Positions 26,706 through 40,090 of a stretch of DNA of 64,000 nucleotides are shown here, piece after piece; within the stretch, counting starts at the first letter, position 1; each line of letters begins with the position of its first letter. Source of the DNA: Ptychomitrium polyphyllum (lineage: Eukaryota); contig OZ316776.1 in the NCBI GenBank assembly GCA_973851085.1, positions 5,022,001 through 5,086,000 on the forward strand, written 5' to 3'. Under the pieces are notes generated by a model that was not told where the DNA came from, made no database searches, and worked only from the letters and a program-made list of their open reading frames with translations. Both the position numbers and the translations under genes were made by a program.

Positions 26706-29700
26706 TTATCCAACTTCTGTGCATTCTATCTTTATATTCCATTCATCACATTATAAATATACACCATGTATAACAAGCATGAAAATACAAGTTTATATTA
26801 CTTAACTTATAACTTCTTTCATTGTCTAGTATAAAGTAAGAATTCTATAATACCAAGGCAATAGTAATGTGGCATGGGCTAAGAAAACCTCCAAGTTCAT
26901 CATCACACAAGTTTGGAAAATAACAAAACTATGTCTATTTATGAATCTGCAAGTAAGCAACATTAGCAATTTTTAGTACAGTGTTGCATTGCAAATATAG
27001 TAGGAAAAGCTTGAAACAAGAGGTTGTTTGGATTACAATGAATTTTTTCAACGATATCATTTTTGAATGCAATTTCAAATTAATGAAATTTTCTTATACC
27101 AAAATCTCTAATCTTAATTTTCAAGATTGAATTGCCATGAAATGACAAAGCTTTATATCACCCCACATCCTTTAAGATGCTTGTTTTTATAATATCTTAT
27201 AGATGCAATAAAAACATAACATATGGTGCTTATTAATCACATCTATACAAAATTCTCAACCATCACATACATATGTTTGAATACAGGAATAATTAAATGA
27301 ATGTAGTGTTGATGAACAACATAGATCCATTCTAATCAATTCCAAACATGAGGTATACAATAATGTATCATCCATGTATTTGGAGGATTTATAATAGTTG
27401 GAATTTGCAGCATTAGATACATATGATATCAAAACAAATGTTAACCTTTTATTTGAATACTTGATGCATTTTAGTTATAGAGTTATAAGAATTTCCTTTA
27501 ATACTGCAGTATGAAAGTGGTCACCTGAGCTCCTAGGGGTTAGCCATTGAGATTGATGTGCACACATTTGCAATACCTCCTCATTCAGCAGCATGAGTAA
27601 GTTACCATCATTAGAGTCAAGTAACACTGACCCACATGTTTGCTTTCAACTTCTTGCAGCTGTATCACCTATGGAGGAGTGTATGAACAGCTTCAAAATG
27701 CCAGTTTTGGCAGGCTCAATGAGGTCAATGTCAACATTATTTCCACCATAACAGTCCAAGTGTATTCTCAAAGGTTATGTCTATGTCAACATTATTTTCT
27801 CTAGAACTTCTCTCAAGTAAACAACCAAAAGGTAATGTTAAAAAAGCTGTCCTCATGGCATCTGAAAATATGAATGTTTTGAGCACATTCCCAATTTGCA
27901 GAGCCCAATATGACACATGACAGAGTGTTCTGTCAAAAGATAAACACAAAGAAAACCTCTATTTGGTGCTAGTCTCTATCACATGTCAAGGCATTCAGAA
28001 GAGGCTCAGATCTCAGCTTCCCTTGCATGCAGCAACCAGACTGTTCTCATGTGCAATTCTCCAGCAGCGTTCCATCAATGTTGCAGCTACTGTAAGAGCA
28101 TTGATCATGCAGGGGATGTATTCCTGCCCCAGTTTTTACTCAATAATATTACACTTGTAAGGAAAGGATTCTGCTGTTTAGAATCATATAGTTACTCCGA
28201 AGGGAAGGCCAGAGACTGAGTTATTTGAAGGTCACTGTAATTGCTGATAAAGCTTATATAGTAATGAAGTGGTGAACATAATCTGACCTTGTGCTCTGGA
28301 CTGTTCAACTCACTGAGTTTGGCCCATCGTATTCCGCATCTGCATGCCTTACTGTAGCCACATGAAATACAGGTGCAGCCTGGTTTGGCATGAGTACGCT
28401 ACTGATCCAACTTGAACAAGCCCATCCTCTTATTGTGCAGCATCACATTATTCATGTATTCTTGATGTTGAACTTGTACGTATAGGCAAGATCAATTTTT
28501 TCCACAGATATGTGTTTATTGTTAAAACTGTGAATTTCAAAATGGACAACAGCTGTATGAATGCTGGAACAACCTTTTAAACTTGATGTGAAAGTGATAT
28601 TTACCTTTATGGCAGGTTACAATGCATAGATCAATTGAGGGCAACAAATGGAGTACAACACATTTTACAATGTATAGCAATTGCAACTATGCAACTCATT
28701 GATACAGACCCCCAAACTGCACCTTAGGGTAGAGATACCCAATGCAGTAAAGCTGTCCATGTTTGTGACAAGCACTGGTCCAAAAAGTTTGAAGTGCACA
28801 AGGATAGCCAGCACACCAAAGAAACTTCACTAAATCAGGGGAAACATGCAACGTTGTGTGAGCTGGGCCATATACATCAACTCACAACATTTCCACTAAG
28901 TGCGTCCAGGAAGCAACAGAAACACAGTCTCACTACAGCAGTAGTCTGGCTATACCTCAACTGATGGGCAAAATTTAACTTTTGGTAGCTGAAACAAGTT
29001 GGATCTTGAGTATGGCACACCATAAAGTTACTAACAAGATGCAAAGTTGTGTTAAAAGTTGTCTTTATGATGCTAAGGTTGACTTTAAACTGAAACAGCT
29101 CATACTTTTCATCATTTGTTTGAAGGGACAGGGTATTGGTTGGCACCTCTGAATAGCTACCTTTCTCCTACACAATGTGCAGTCTCATTGGCTGCAGCAT
29201 GCCCTGATGCAAAAGCTACAGCTGAGCCAGCCTGATCCAGTATATTTCAGATGCAGAAAATTTGTCAAACACCTCAAAAAAATAGATCCAACTCCACCAG
29301 AACCTCAATCTACTGTAACTTAACAGGAGCACATCAGGTTTATTTTGCAGTTTGATCTACAGAAATAGTTTCTTCAAGGCAAGCTATATTTTGGGATTTA
29401 ATTAGTTCAACTCATTGAATCACATCCACACACAAATGAGTTAAGCTAAAATTAATTGAAAATGATTAGAAACCAATTTCCATGATATGTTTGATGATTG
29501 CAAAGAGGCATTGTAACCAAATTTGTACCCATGGCATTGTAACCAAATTTGTAAAGGTTTGTGAGCTTAACAAATGGCTTAAAGTTTATACAAAATTTCA
29601 AGGAAAAGAAGAAGTTTTTAAAGCCTTGAATGCCCAACTCTTTTCTTCTCTTAATAATGTGAAATTTTTATATGCTTCTAAATTTTACATTACTAACTCT

Positions 29701-32254
29701 ACAACAATATATTTCAAAGTTAAACCAATTGAATCCACTAATGAAATCTTTTTTGCAAAGAATTCAACTTTGCTAAAAAAATTTAATAGTTAAAATTCTC
29801 ATTCTTTAATGCATTTCATAGAGGCATTAAATTATTAGAATTAATTAAATGGAAAGCTTTAGAAATAGGTTGCATGTACAAAATGAATTAAATAATGTTT
29901 ACATTTAAAACACCACATTAGCAAGTACTTGCATATCAACCATAATACATTATTTTAAATAAGCACAAGGTGTAAATTGCAAACTAAAAAATCCACCAAT
30001 TCCATAAGTAATGCAACAACATGCTTAAAAGACTATTAAGATACTAAAATTCTTAGCATGTTGAAAGTTTGAGCAAAATCTACAAGTTCAAAATTTGTCC
30101 TTATTTAAGTTAAAATGCATACATATTAAAATCCTTTGGCTAAAAGATGGTTGGTTTTTTTAGAATGAATAAGCATGTGACCATTATTGTAATGACTATA
30201 GTAAATCTCTTAAAAGCTTAGTTATAATCAATTTTCATGGAAGTAGTCCTTACATCTATATAAAGAATTATAGTTCATAAAGAATGCAAGGTAATTGTTT
30301 TAATAATAGAACCTATTTCTCCTACCACCTTCACATGTTCCACAAATAACCATTATCCTAACACTTTTTTTCATACATCCACACAAATTCCATCATTTTA
30401 CACCTTCTACAATTTCCATAGTTGAAACACATTTTTAAAACTTAGATCTTTGTAGCTTACAAGGATATTTTAGAATTTTGGCGGCACTCTATTAGTGGTG
30501 AAAAAATTTGGTTCAAATTTGCAAATGTGTTCTTTCCGCCCCTTTGTTCTTTTAACATACCTTAAAGATCAAATATCAATTCTTCCTTTCAATTCTTTTA
30601 TCAATAACTAATATTTTTGCTTACTAGCCTTCTTGCTATCAAAAATGAAAAACTCCAATCTACTTCAATGATAACTTGTTCTTTCAACTCTTTCATCAGC
30701 AACATCTTTCAAGCTTTTGGTAGCTTGAAATCAACTTTCCACATTGATGCCTTGGCATATAATTTAAGTTGGTTCTTCAAAAGTGAAATGATGGAAAAAT
30801 GGCACAATTTAAAAAGATGACTTAGCCTTGATATTGTATAAGATATTGATAATATATTGCGTGTGTTTTAAAATATAAGTATAAATAAAGTCAAACTACA
30901 AGATCGATTGATATCTCATTAATGCTAAAAATATTCCATGTTTACTTTTAATGTGCTAAAAATTTCCTATAATTTTTTTGGAACATATGGTAATTATTGT
31001 AGTAACTTTAGAATATTTTGAGGAATACACATGCGGTCAAAAGGGTGAGGACGTCCTGAGCCTCATGCTAGGAATTTGTCAGTCTTTCCATATATGAACT
31101 CCATGATTTATGCAGTGACAAGAAGCTTACTGTTATCCACAGCCTGTCACTCATCTCATTTGAGTAGGTGATGGAAGCATGGGGACAACTGAGAGCCTGA
31201 GTGTGAGCAAGTATTTTCATAATTATAAGTGTGTCTAATTTTTCTGGTCAATCACTTACTCATGGACCTCCTCCTTGTTCTGCAGCTGGAGTGGCTTTGT
31301 TTGACACACTTTCCAAAAATTAAATCCAACTACTATCACCAGCTTTGGATCAAAATGAGTTTATAATTGAACAATTGTTTGGCAACAAATAATTCAGTAC
31401 GAGTGTATGACTCCCTGGTTTACACTGTGAGTCTGATGGCCTTCATTATTCAAAAGGCACTGCCCGCATATCCATGTGCGCAACCATGTGTGGCATTATG
31501 GGTGGGCACCTGCACCCTTGGGTACCAGTGTTCTCTGCCTGGAAGTGCTGTTCTCTGAAGAGACCATTCAGAATTATTCTTTGTTACATTCCAAATTGTA
31601 CCCATCTTCAAACCAAAAGAATCATAAAGATGACACAGTCAACACCTTCAATATTGGCTTAGTCCAACTTTATAAATAATAATAACACAATACTTTCAAC
31701 TATAAAAAAATAGATAAAGTTTATTTCCATTTGCTCACAGTACTTCAAGGAGCCTGATAAGGAGTGCTGTCAACCAAGGTACTGCAACCAGAGAGCATTT
31801 GTCCACTTTCAACTGCTTCTTGATCACTAGTCATAAGTCATAAGTTAGCTTACATTGCCAAGTTTTGAGTTCTTGATTGCAACTGTGCAGGAGGACTGTA
31901 CGCTCACAAGTGAACGTTTTAATAACCTGCCAAGTTTCTTAGGGAATGCTTATATGGTGAAGGTGGAAACCATATATGGTTTGTTGTCATTAACCACCTC
32001 CTTCCCAATAAGCAACCCATAGGAGTTCCCAAAAACTGTAACTTGCAGGATGTATTACCAAAATTTTTATTGAAGAAATGCAACAAAGCTAGTACAATAA
32101 GCAAGAAGAGAGAGAGAGAGCAAAGTTGCAACAAGAGAAGTGTGGAGCAAGATGACTCCCACTTCCAAAACCCCTTTACTTATACTTGAGAGTCATCCAC
32201 CAAAGTGTGCTACTTGGCGGCCATGCATTTGCCTCCACTATATGAGTGACATGT

Positions 32255-32380
32255 GGCGGCTAACCCTAACCCTAGCCGCTGTAGCCGCCATCCTAACCCT
32301 AACGGCCGCCCCAACCCTAATGGCCGCCCTAACCCTAGCTGCCATACAAAACCCTTGTTGCCTTTTCTTAACCCTAGCCT
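32255..32380. repeat. Interstitial telomere-like TAACCC motifs interleaved with GCCGCC
   Basis: Degenerate units of the form GCCGCC-(C)TAACCCTAR, e.g. TAACCCTAACCCTAGCCGC and GGCCGCCCTAACCCTAG. Confidence 0.7.
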
Positions 32381-33570
32381 CCATATCCTCTATGGCCTCT
32401 TTTTTCACATCCCTTTGATCATTAGCAACATATCAAGCTCTAAGCCTACACAAGGATACTTCAACTAGGATTACTTTATATGTATCACACTTTGCAACAA
32501 TTTTGTATTTGAAGACTAAATTAGGTATTCACATGGACAACTCAAGGTCCACTCTACAAGCAAGAATGCATGGCATGACAGATATTTTAAATGTGCTTCA
32601 TGACCACAGAGGCCAAAATGAAAAAGGGTATTTTGAAATAATGTTGTGGGCAATTAATGCACAAATGCAATCACAAAGATTTGCAATATAGGAATAATAT
32701 TCTAAAGTCTTTGATTTTTTGAGTTCAAATGAGGTAATGGTTAAGCGTAAATGACAACTAAAAGGTTATTTAATGTATGCCATTGACACTAACCTTGAAT
32801 ATAATGCTAATGCGTTGAAAAGGGAAGAAGTAAACTCTAATTTTGATGAAGGAAATTCTAACAATAGTAAAAAAGATATGAAGTTCTTTTTAAAGTTCGT
32901 TGATTATAGTACACTAGAGCAAGCTTGGAGGCTGTGATTGAGATAGTTCATGGAGGTGAATAAAAAATTTATGGAAGGAGTTTTTGGACAAAGTGAAGGT
33001 CTTTAAGGCTTTGCAAGCGCATGAACTTGCTTTTATGAAGAATGGATGGTGGAGCATGGTAGCAACATCAGATCTTGTGTTGGTTGCAAAACTAACACCT
33101 AGGGGTAGCAAAAAGAAGTTATATGATCAATTCTTTGTAAACCCACTAGTTTATCTTTCGAAAGAAAATTGTGGCCAGTACAATTCACAAGGCGGTGTTA
33201 AAAAGGTGGGATGGTAGCTAGAACTAAGACAATTTAAGCAATGCAATAATGATAATTAGTTTGATAAACAACTCAATTGTGCACTAATAACAATCGATAA
33301 AAAAAATAAAATGACAAAAGTGGCAATGGATAATCATATTCTATAATTGTGGTTGAAGAAGTAATGCTATGGCTAAAGACAAAGTATAGTTATAAATATA
33401 AGATGTACTTTTATTGAATGCAAAGAAGCATGATTTATTCTATACTTGATTAATATTCGTAATTGTAGACATACATTCTTCTTTGGCACTTAGCAAAATG
33501 AAAATGTATAAAAATACTAAAGATAGACATATAACATCTTTGAACAAAAATTTGGATGGCAAGTGGATGT

Positions 33571-34216
33571 TGTAAGGGACACAAGAAATAAGAAGAAGAA
33601 ACGAAGTGTTTTCTAAGAATTAGCTTCCAAAGACCTAATGATTAACAAGAACTTGATACAAAGACTAGAATAAGGCAGGATTCAAGATGATCCACAACTT
33701 GTGTTGGCAAGACTAAGGAATACCTAGTCTTGATTTCTATTTATACTATGACATTTGTATCTCATAGGATACTTCTAAAGAAGCTTCCTACAAGGCTTAA
33801 GAATGTTCTAGAAGTCTAGGGTACCTTCCCAAGAAGTTTCTTAAGATGTTGGAACCTTCCTAAGAAGCTTCTAAGGAGTTGGAATCTTCCATGGAAGTTT
33901 TCTAAGATGTTGGAACCTTCTTTGGAAGTTCCTTAAAATAGCGGAACCTTCTTAGGAAGTTTCCTGAAGATATAGAACCTTCCTACGAAGTTTCCTAAGA
34001 TAATGGAGTCTTTGTAGGAAGTTTCCTAAGAAGTTACTTGAGATGATGAAGCCTTCCTAAGAAGTTTCCAAAGATAGAGGAACTTTCCTAGGAAGCTTCT
34101 TAAAAACATGGAAAGGCTATGGGAGACATTTAAAAGTATTCTAAGAAGCTATTATAGTATACTAAAAGGTTTCATAATGTTCTAAGGACTATGTTGCATG
34201 ATCTATGTCTGTGACA
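33571..34216 (-). mobile_element. Solo LTR (646 bp) with near-intact 5-bp TSD
   Basis: TG...CA termini (TGTAAGGG ... GTGACA), flanked by GATGT (33566-33570) and GATGC (34217-34221). TATAAATAG lies on the minus strand at 33745-33737. Internal ~31-bp tandem units resemble GGAACCTTCCTAAGAAGTTTCCTAAGATGTT (~33820-34105). A second copy is at 26284-26705. Confidence 0.8.
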
Positions 34217-34887
34217 GATGCTATGGTTTAAAATTGGCATGTAGAGTTAATAATCATAGCTATTTGAGCTCTAAAGTGCACAATGACTAGAACTTTATAT
34301 TTCCAAAATGTACAAATATTTCATGATTACATGGAGCACTTATATTACTTACACAACCATCCAACCAAGTGCATTTGGAACTAAGGAATGGCTAGCCCAA
34401 TAGCGAAATCCGCAGCTGCCATCGTTAAAACAAATAAAGCAAATAATTGACCCATCATATCATCCAAATAAATCAAAAATACCAAAAAGTTTTAATTGAC
34501 TACTAAGAGAAATATATTTTCCAAAACAAATAATTACAACATTTGTATAATTTTTATGTAATAACTTTTGTAATATAAAGTTAGCATGTATTTGATGAAT
34601 ATTTAAAATCATCAGATTGATAAGCACAGGAAGAATTGTTCCAGTCAAAAATGAAGTTTAACAAATCTAGTATATCATTTTAAAGTAAAAAAATAGAAGT
34701 TGTTAGTATTATAGTTTTAAGTGCTATTTGACAAGTTTTTTTTTTAATGTAATTTGTATCAAATGATTACAAATAAATTACATTCAATATAATGAGGTGG
34801 CAATGCAACTAAGAGCTTAAATGACCTTGCACATTTTAGCACTTGAATTTCTTATTTCATTGCATTGTTGAAAAAATTCAATGAAGT

Positions 34888-34915
34888 TATATATACATAT
34901 ATATATATATATATA
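34888..34915. repeat. (TA)n microsatellite
   Basis: TATATATACATATATATATATATATATA seen directly. Confidence 0.9.
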
Positions 34916-37900
34916 ATTTTTTATTTTTATTTTTTAATATTTGATCTTACATGCTTACAATAGCTACATTTCATTAATAATAGCTAGTACAACCATAATG
35001 TAGAATGAAAATTTGCTTACTCTACCATGCACTCCAATTTCTGAGTGTTTTTATATTTAAACCATTTAAATAACACTTTTAATAATATTGAAACTTTTGG
35101 ATGTCAAAAATTGGATTGGTTGGCTATTAAAGATGCCATATTTCATTGGATCTTCTTATTGCTACAAGTGAATTTAGAGCAACAAGACCTCATTATATAT
35201 TTTGCAAATTCTCGTATATTAACATCTAATGGATATGTATAGGTTGAAAAGGATTCAAAATTTTCAAAGGAAGTTTCAAAGAAATCACTACCATTTTTCA
35301 ATGAGAAGTTACCACTATTTGGCTCTTTGGAAAGTCACATATGTAAACTACTTGATTGTTTTTTAATTATTCACCTATCCCATTTTAATCCATTCTAAGA
35401 AGTCTTCTTTATTGGTACAACTAGAATAAAAATTCAAATAACACTATATTAAAATCAATCTAATTTTTTATTTAAAACCAAAAATTAACATAGATTTGCT
35501 TGAAATTTAGTTCTTAAGCATTCTACATTATTACAACGCCAAGTATAAAATCTTGTGTAGATGAATGTTCTTTTGTTTAACAACTACTCCATTTATAAGT
35601 CTTGCATTTCTTAGCATTTGTTCCATAAATATATATACCTCACATACAATTCCTTCTTCATAAACTCCAATTTCTTTTCTTTTGCATAGATAGATCTTTG
35701 CCTACATCCTACAATTTCCTTTGTTGTTTGAGTATTTTCAACTCCAAACCAATGCAATTACTAGCAAAAATACAATGTGAAGATGGAAGATGAGGATTAT
35801 AGAAGTTGGAATCAAAAGGCTTCATTATTATTGTAACATCCAAATTAAGAGGGGTCATAAGGTGCATGGAACAAAGTTCATGCTTACAAATTCATACTTG
35901 TAATTTAAGCAACAATAACAATAATACTTTGCACTTTTTGCTAGCAATTTTGAAATCTTTAATACATGGTTTTGGAATCATTTAGACACATTTTATGGTC
36001 CATTGTTAATAAATTTTTTGTCCTAGCTGATTAGAGTATTGGAAACATAATGCTCATGATTATGGATATTGACATGGTGTGGAACTTATAGCATCATGTC
36101 TTCATACGAAAGAAGCTATACTATAGTTTAAGGTCTTATAGTATTTTTTAATTTTAAGAACTTTGACTTTTAAGCATAAGTTTTTAATCTTAAATTGGTG
36201 GTTTGAAGGCTTCAAATTATATCACTATTAAAATTTAATGGGTCCTTAAGAAGTTATTAACATTCTAAATGAAATACGAAATTTAATAATGACACATTTT
36301 TATGACATTAAATTATCTTAAATAAAAATAAAATACTTAGAAAAAACTATAGAGTCTTGAAAATGTCATAATCAACTTTTAGTTCTAATAATTCTTTAAC
36401 GCAAATGGAAGGAAATTCTTTAAAAAAAAAAACAAACAACACAACTAATTTTAAAATAAAGAGATTAAGCAAGGTCTAAGACTACAATTCTGTATTGATA
36501 CAACTTGCTACCAAGTGATACTAAGGTTGAAAAACAGTGTCAAAATAATTTCTTATTGGCCAAAAAACGTTTCAAAATCATGGTTATGGTTGCTTCTTTT
36601 TGCTTATGTATGTCCTTAGTAGCATTCTGATTTGTACTTGGGCACTTGTTTGTTCCAAGTCTATCACCCAATGTAAGTAAATCTCACTTCTCTCTTGCAT
36701 CAAAAATTGACCCTTTGCAATTTTGACTTGCATATTTCAATGCAAAAGTAATGAAATAATTTGAAACCTTTTGCATTAACTTTTACATGTCATCAATTGT
36801 TACTAAGCATAGTTTCAAAATAACTCAAAGTTCAAATTATATACGGTGGAAAAATTCCTTAGACTATTTTTTTGATTAATCTTACACTTGGTTGTATAAT
36901 ATGTAGTGCCAGTTTTGTAGTGTCATCTTTCAAGACTTAATTCTATTGCCTTTAAGTGCCCATGTTTTTATTTTATTCACTTTGCCATTGGTTGGTATGT
37001 TTTTCATCACAATACAACTTCATAATTAAGCATTTTAAAACCAACTAAATAAAAATTCATTGCATTGAATTGCGAAAAACCAAATTTTTGTGATGAATGC
37101 ATGTGGTTATGAAGAATGACTTAGGTTCAATATGAGCCTCATTTTTAATTGAATACATTTTTCAAAAATCAATGATACATTTAGCTGATGAAAATATGGT
37201 TTCAGGAGTATTTATAGAATATCCTGACAAATGCTATGCTGACATAAGATGTCATTATTTTCTAAACAAAATAACGTCTTAAAAAAATAGTAAACAATGT
37301 TGTCCCAATTTCCTTTTTAAAACTACTCCAAGTGAATCCTTATCATTTGCACATGAATTTGCTTCCTAAATTTGAAACTGAATTAATTTAGAAAATCAGA
37401 ATCAATGATATTGATTCTAAACGTACTGGCTTATTAATAATGTTTCAATCAATTTGCAAAAGCTTTCTAAAAGAAGGAAAAAATGTTCTTAATTATTTAG
37501 GAGTTGCTACAAAATATATTTAGCCCTTTGATAGGTAGGCTTTTTTTTTGCTATCACCTTTGAATTCAAAAGATATAACAATTAACACATCATTAATGTT
37601 AACACACGCTTCAAATTTATTTTTTAATTTCTTAATACTCAATACGATAGCTTTTTGACAATTACTGGGCTGGCTTTTAGAATAATTTAAAGAAAAAAAT
37701 TGTATATTTAAAAATCAATATATAAAACATTTTTACGAAATATTTGCATGCTTAGGGCGTCAAGGCCTATGGCATAAGAATGTCGTGCATGGCCTTTACA
37801 TAATATTCTTGGATCAAATAAAAAATAGCCTCTAGTTCTTGGAAAAAAACTACTGATGCATAATGTTTTTTACTAAGAAGTTGTGCTTTCATTTTCAATG

Positions 37901-39899
37901 TCACACATGCACTTACTTGAATGTAATGGTCATATTATAGTCATAGAGCATGTTTTTCATTAATTAATATTTTTAAAGAAATGCCAGAAAATTTTATTTG
38001 TTTTTAAATACAATAATTGTATAAAGAAATAAAATGAATCTTTTGCAGTGTTTTTTTTGGAGTGTTTATTTTGCCTAACTCTATTTTAAGAGAAGTATTG
38101 TAAAAATCTTCAAAAAATGACAAACATGTTATATAATTATGGTATTAAATTTCTTATGTTTTGATGCAATAAGTTTTAACTCCAAGAAAAACTCTTTGTG
38201 ACGATTCATAAATCTTGCAGAATGCATTTTCTATTTGTACAGATATCTTTGCAAACAACAAGGTAACTTAAGTGGGGCTAGATACGTAATAGAATATTTT
38301 ACAATTTTTTAAAAATAGGTATAATATACTTCATCTATATTCCTGAAATTTTAATTTCTTTAAACAGCACCTTGTATCACTTCTCTAAACGGAGAATTGT
38401 TTATTTTGAAGTATAAAAGGACTGTCAGTTTCATCTCTATACTTTATCATAAAACGTTTTATATTTTTTCATAAGTGAATTCAGACGGTCCTAAATGGTA
38501 GGCCGGTCTAACGTTGGTTCTAAGAATGTAATGAAGATCACAAATAAGATTTTCTGCTGAGTGCGCAGGTATCTCTGGAGCAGTACGCATGCATGCCAAC
38601 CTTTTATCAACTTTATTCAGATCGAAGCTTGCATTTATCCACAGAACCTTCTATGTATTTATGTATCTGAATACTTACAGGCCTCTGTCCTGGCAGCAGT
38701 CTTCTGCTGGTCCTACTGCAAAATAGACAATGATAACTTACAATCAGAGTTCTAAAAACATTTGATGAAATCATTCATTTGAAAAACTCTATCATGGGAA
38801 TTCTGGTGTAGAACATGTCCAGGAACCAGAAGATGCTCCTGCCGCCGCAGATAAAAAGAAGAGGATCTACATCCTACCATACCATGTAAGTGTAACAATG
38901 TAGCCAGGTTGATGTCTACTTAATGATGCTAAATGAATTTATAGCATTTCAAAAGTTAAGAACTACTAAAATTAACAGATAAGTTGGTTGTGACTTCTGT
39001 AAAGTTCAAGCGCAAATTGTTTTTGGGAAAAAAGATAGTCCAAGAGTTTTGCCTTCCTTTTCACCATGATTTTCAATTATCCAGTGGAAAGCATACACTG
39101 GGTACAAGTAGATATAAATCAGCAATTACCCCTCTTATGGTCCAAGCGCTTCACTTAGACAAACCATGTCTCTCCAGAGCTGCAGCATGTGGTGATAAGC
39201 GCAAGATGGGCCCTATTCATGCCCTACATCATCATGAACAGATGAATCCAGGCCAAAGAATCTCTCTCCTTTTTATGGGTTCATTCTACTTTATACTGCT
39301 AGCTTGACGTGTGACCTCCCACCACTCCCAGGTATTTAGAAGCACATGCAAATTTTGAAGTGATTATATTGATCTTGGTGTTAGTACAATCTTTTAGTAA
39401 TCAATAATTTTCTCAACACTATATTAATTTCCTTTATTGCTAAGAAATTAGTGACCGATTCAAAACTTGAAATTTGATTAGAGCTGTGAATCTATAAAGT
39501 AATGAAAAAAAAGCTAAGTTTAAACTTCTATCAAATAACCCTTTTGATGATAACAGGCTGAGAGCAAAAAACTGATAAACATTTTGTATTGTAAACGAAG
39601 TTCAATTAATTTCAACTTAGTAATTACACTACAATAATCAAAATCTTTTTTCTTTACGCACAAGGTTCCAATCTTTATATATGTAGGCATGCTTCCTATT
39701 AGTCAATGCTTTTGAACAAAGTAAAGTAAGGCCATGTTTTGAAATTCCGAAATTAAATTTGTTTAAGGTGTACTTGAATTTATTTTTGAATCAATTTATT
39801 TGATTTCGAATTTGGACTGACTTGACTTGAAATAAATTTGGCTGCTATCACATCTTTGCTGTAATAGTATTTAATATAAGTTGATGTACAATTGTAAAG

Positions 39900-40090
39900 T
39901 ATAAAAGTAAATAATAAAAATAGTGAACAAAAAATAATAAAAAGTAAAAGTAAAAGAGTAAGAAGATAAAAAAGAAAAAAAAAAAATTTAAAAGAAAAAA
40001 GGAAAAAGAAAACAAAAAACAATAAAAGATAAAAAGGCAAAAAATATAAAAATGAAAGTAAATTCAGAAGTGGAAAAAATGGATAAAAAT
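39900..40090. repeat. A-rich low-complexity tract
   Basis: Runs of A interrupted by single G/T bases (ATAAAAGTAAATAATAAAAA...AAAGAAAAAAAAAAA). Confidence 0.8.

Noticed and set aside
31440..31600. Minus-strand peptide THGCAHGYAG resembling a LanC-like GxAHGxAG motif
   Set aside because: A single short motif in a stop-interrupted frame; no other LanC features.
38560..38900. Exon-like segments with AG/GT boundaries
   Set aside because: No frame stays open and no recognisable protein results.
39780..40040. 86-aa Phe/Leu-rich membrane-protein-like ORF
   Set aside because: Translation of the A-rich low-complexity tract.
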